From positions 240,004,001 through 240,068,000 of the forward strand of contig NC_086097.1 in assembly GCF_963921235.1 (NCBI RefSeq): DNA of 64,000 nt, read 5' to 3'. Origin of the DNA: Mobula hypostoma. Lineage: Eukaryota. A program made the position numbers and the translations under genes. Numbering within the stretch: the first letter of the stretch is position 1; every line of letters begins with the position of its first letter. Under the pieces are notes generated by a model. That model ran no database searches, was not told where the DNA came from, and worked only from the letters and a program-made list of their open reading frames with translations. Below, piece by piece: positions 63,576 through 64,000 of the stretch.

Positions 63576-64000
63576 CAACACTGAGCAAAAGTCTTAGGCA
63601 CATTTAAAAAATTCTGTAAAGCAAATTTGCTTTCAATAATAATTAAATGAAAGGTTTCTAAATATCAAAAAAATACTATAAAGAGCAATAAGTAGTAAAA
63701 TAAATCAAATCAATATTTGGTGTGACCACCCTTTTGCCTTTAAAACTGAATCAAATCTGTTAGGTGCACTGTGGGACAGCTTTATAAGAAAAATCAGCTG
63801 GTAGGTTCCAAGCATAAAGGAAAACTTGCCAGAGTTCTTCTGTAAACTTTGGCTGTCTTACTCACTTCTATCTCTCCAGTTAATTCCACACAGCCTCTCT
63901 GATGTTGAGCTCAAGGTTTTGTGGAGGTTATGCCATCTGCTGCAGGACTTCTTGTTCTACTTTTTGCTGGAGATAGCTCTTTATGACTTTGGCCCTGTGT
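63576..64000 (-). mobile_element. Tc1/mariner transposon end, runs off the window
   Basis: TA + CAACACTGAGCAAAAGTCTTAGGCAC TIR (related short ends at ~31809-31829 and ~34145-34160); degenerate WPPQSPDLN-like region on minus at ~63880-63940. Confidence 0.6.

Overview
Repeat-dense, largely non-coding vertebrate genomic DNA. It is most likely from a cartilaginous fish (shark/ray); this is inferred from HE1-like V-SINEs and abundant CR1 LINEs with (TTTCTATG)n-type tails. Most of the window is nested retrotransposon debris: CR1 (several subfamilies, one near full length with an esterase ORF1), Rex1/Babar-type LINEs, one RTE, Penelope-like elements (PLE; Neptune-type GIY-YIG), Tc1/mariner derivatives and SINEs. 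No host protein-coding gene could be identified with confidence, only weak exon candidates. Two things stand out. (1) A heavily decayed endogenous retrovirus lies on the minus strand (~40.6-51.2 kb), barely visible in the ORF track. It retains an RT N-terminal motif, RNase H, a full integrase, a gamma-type env (signal peptide, CWVC, ISD, CX6CC, TM), a PPT and a 3' LTR, and is split by five later insertions. (2) The PLE terminal repeats carry minimal hammerhead-ribozyme motifs, and several short PLE insertions with 12-16 bp TSDs have inverted arms whose breakpoints fall inside that motif. All family assignments come from manual motif recognition; no database search was run, and many element boundaries are approximate.
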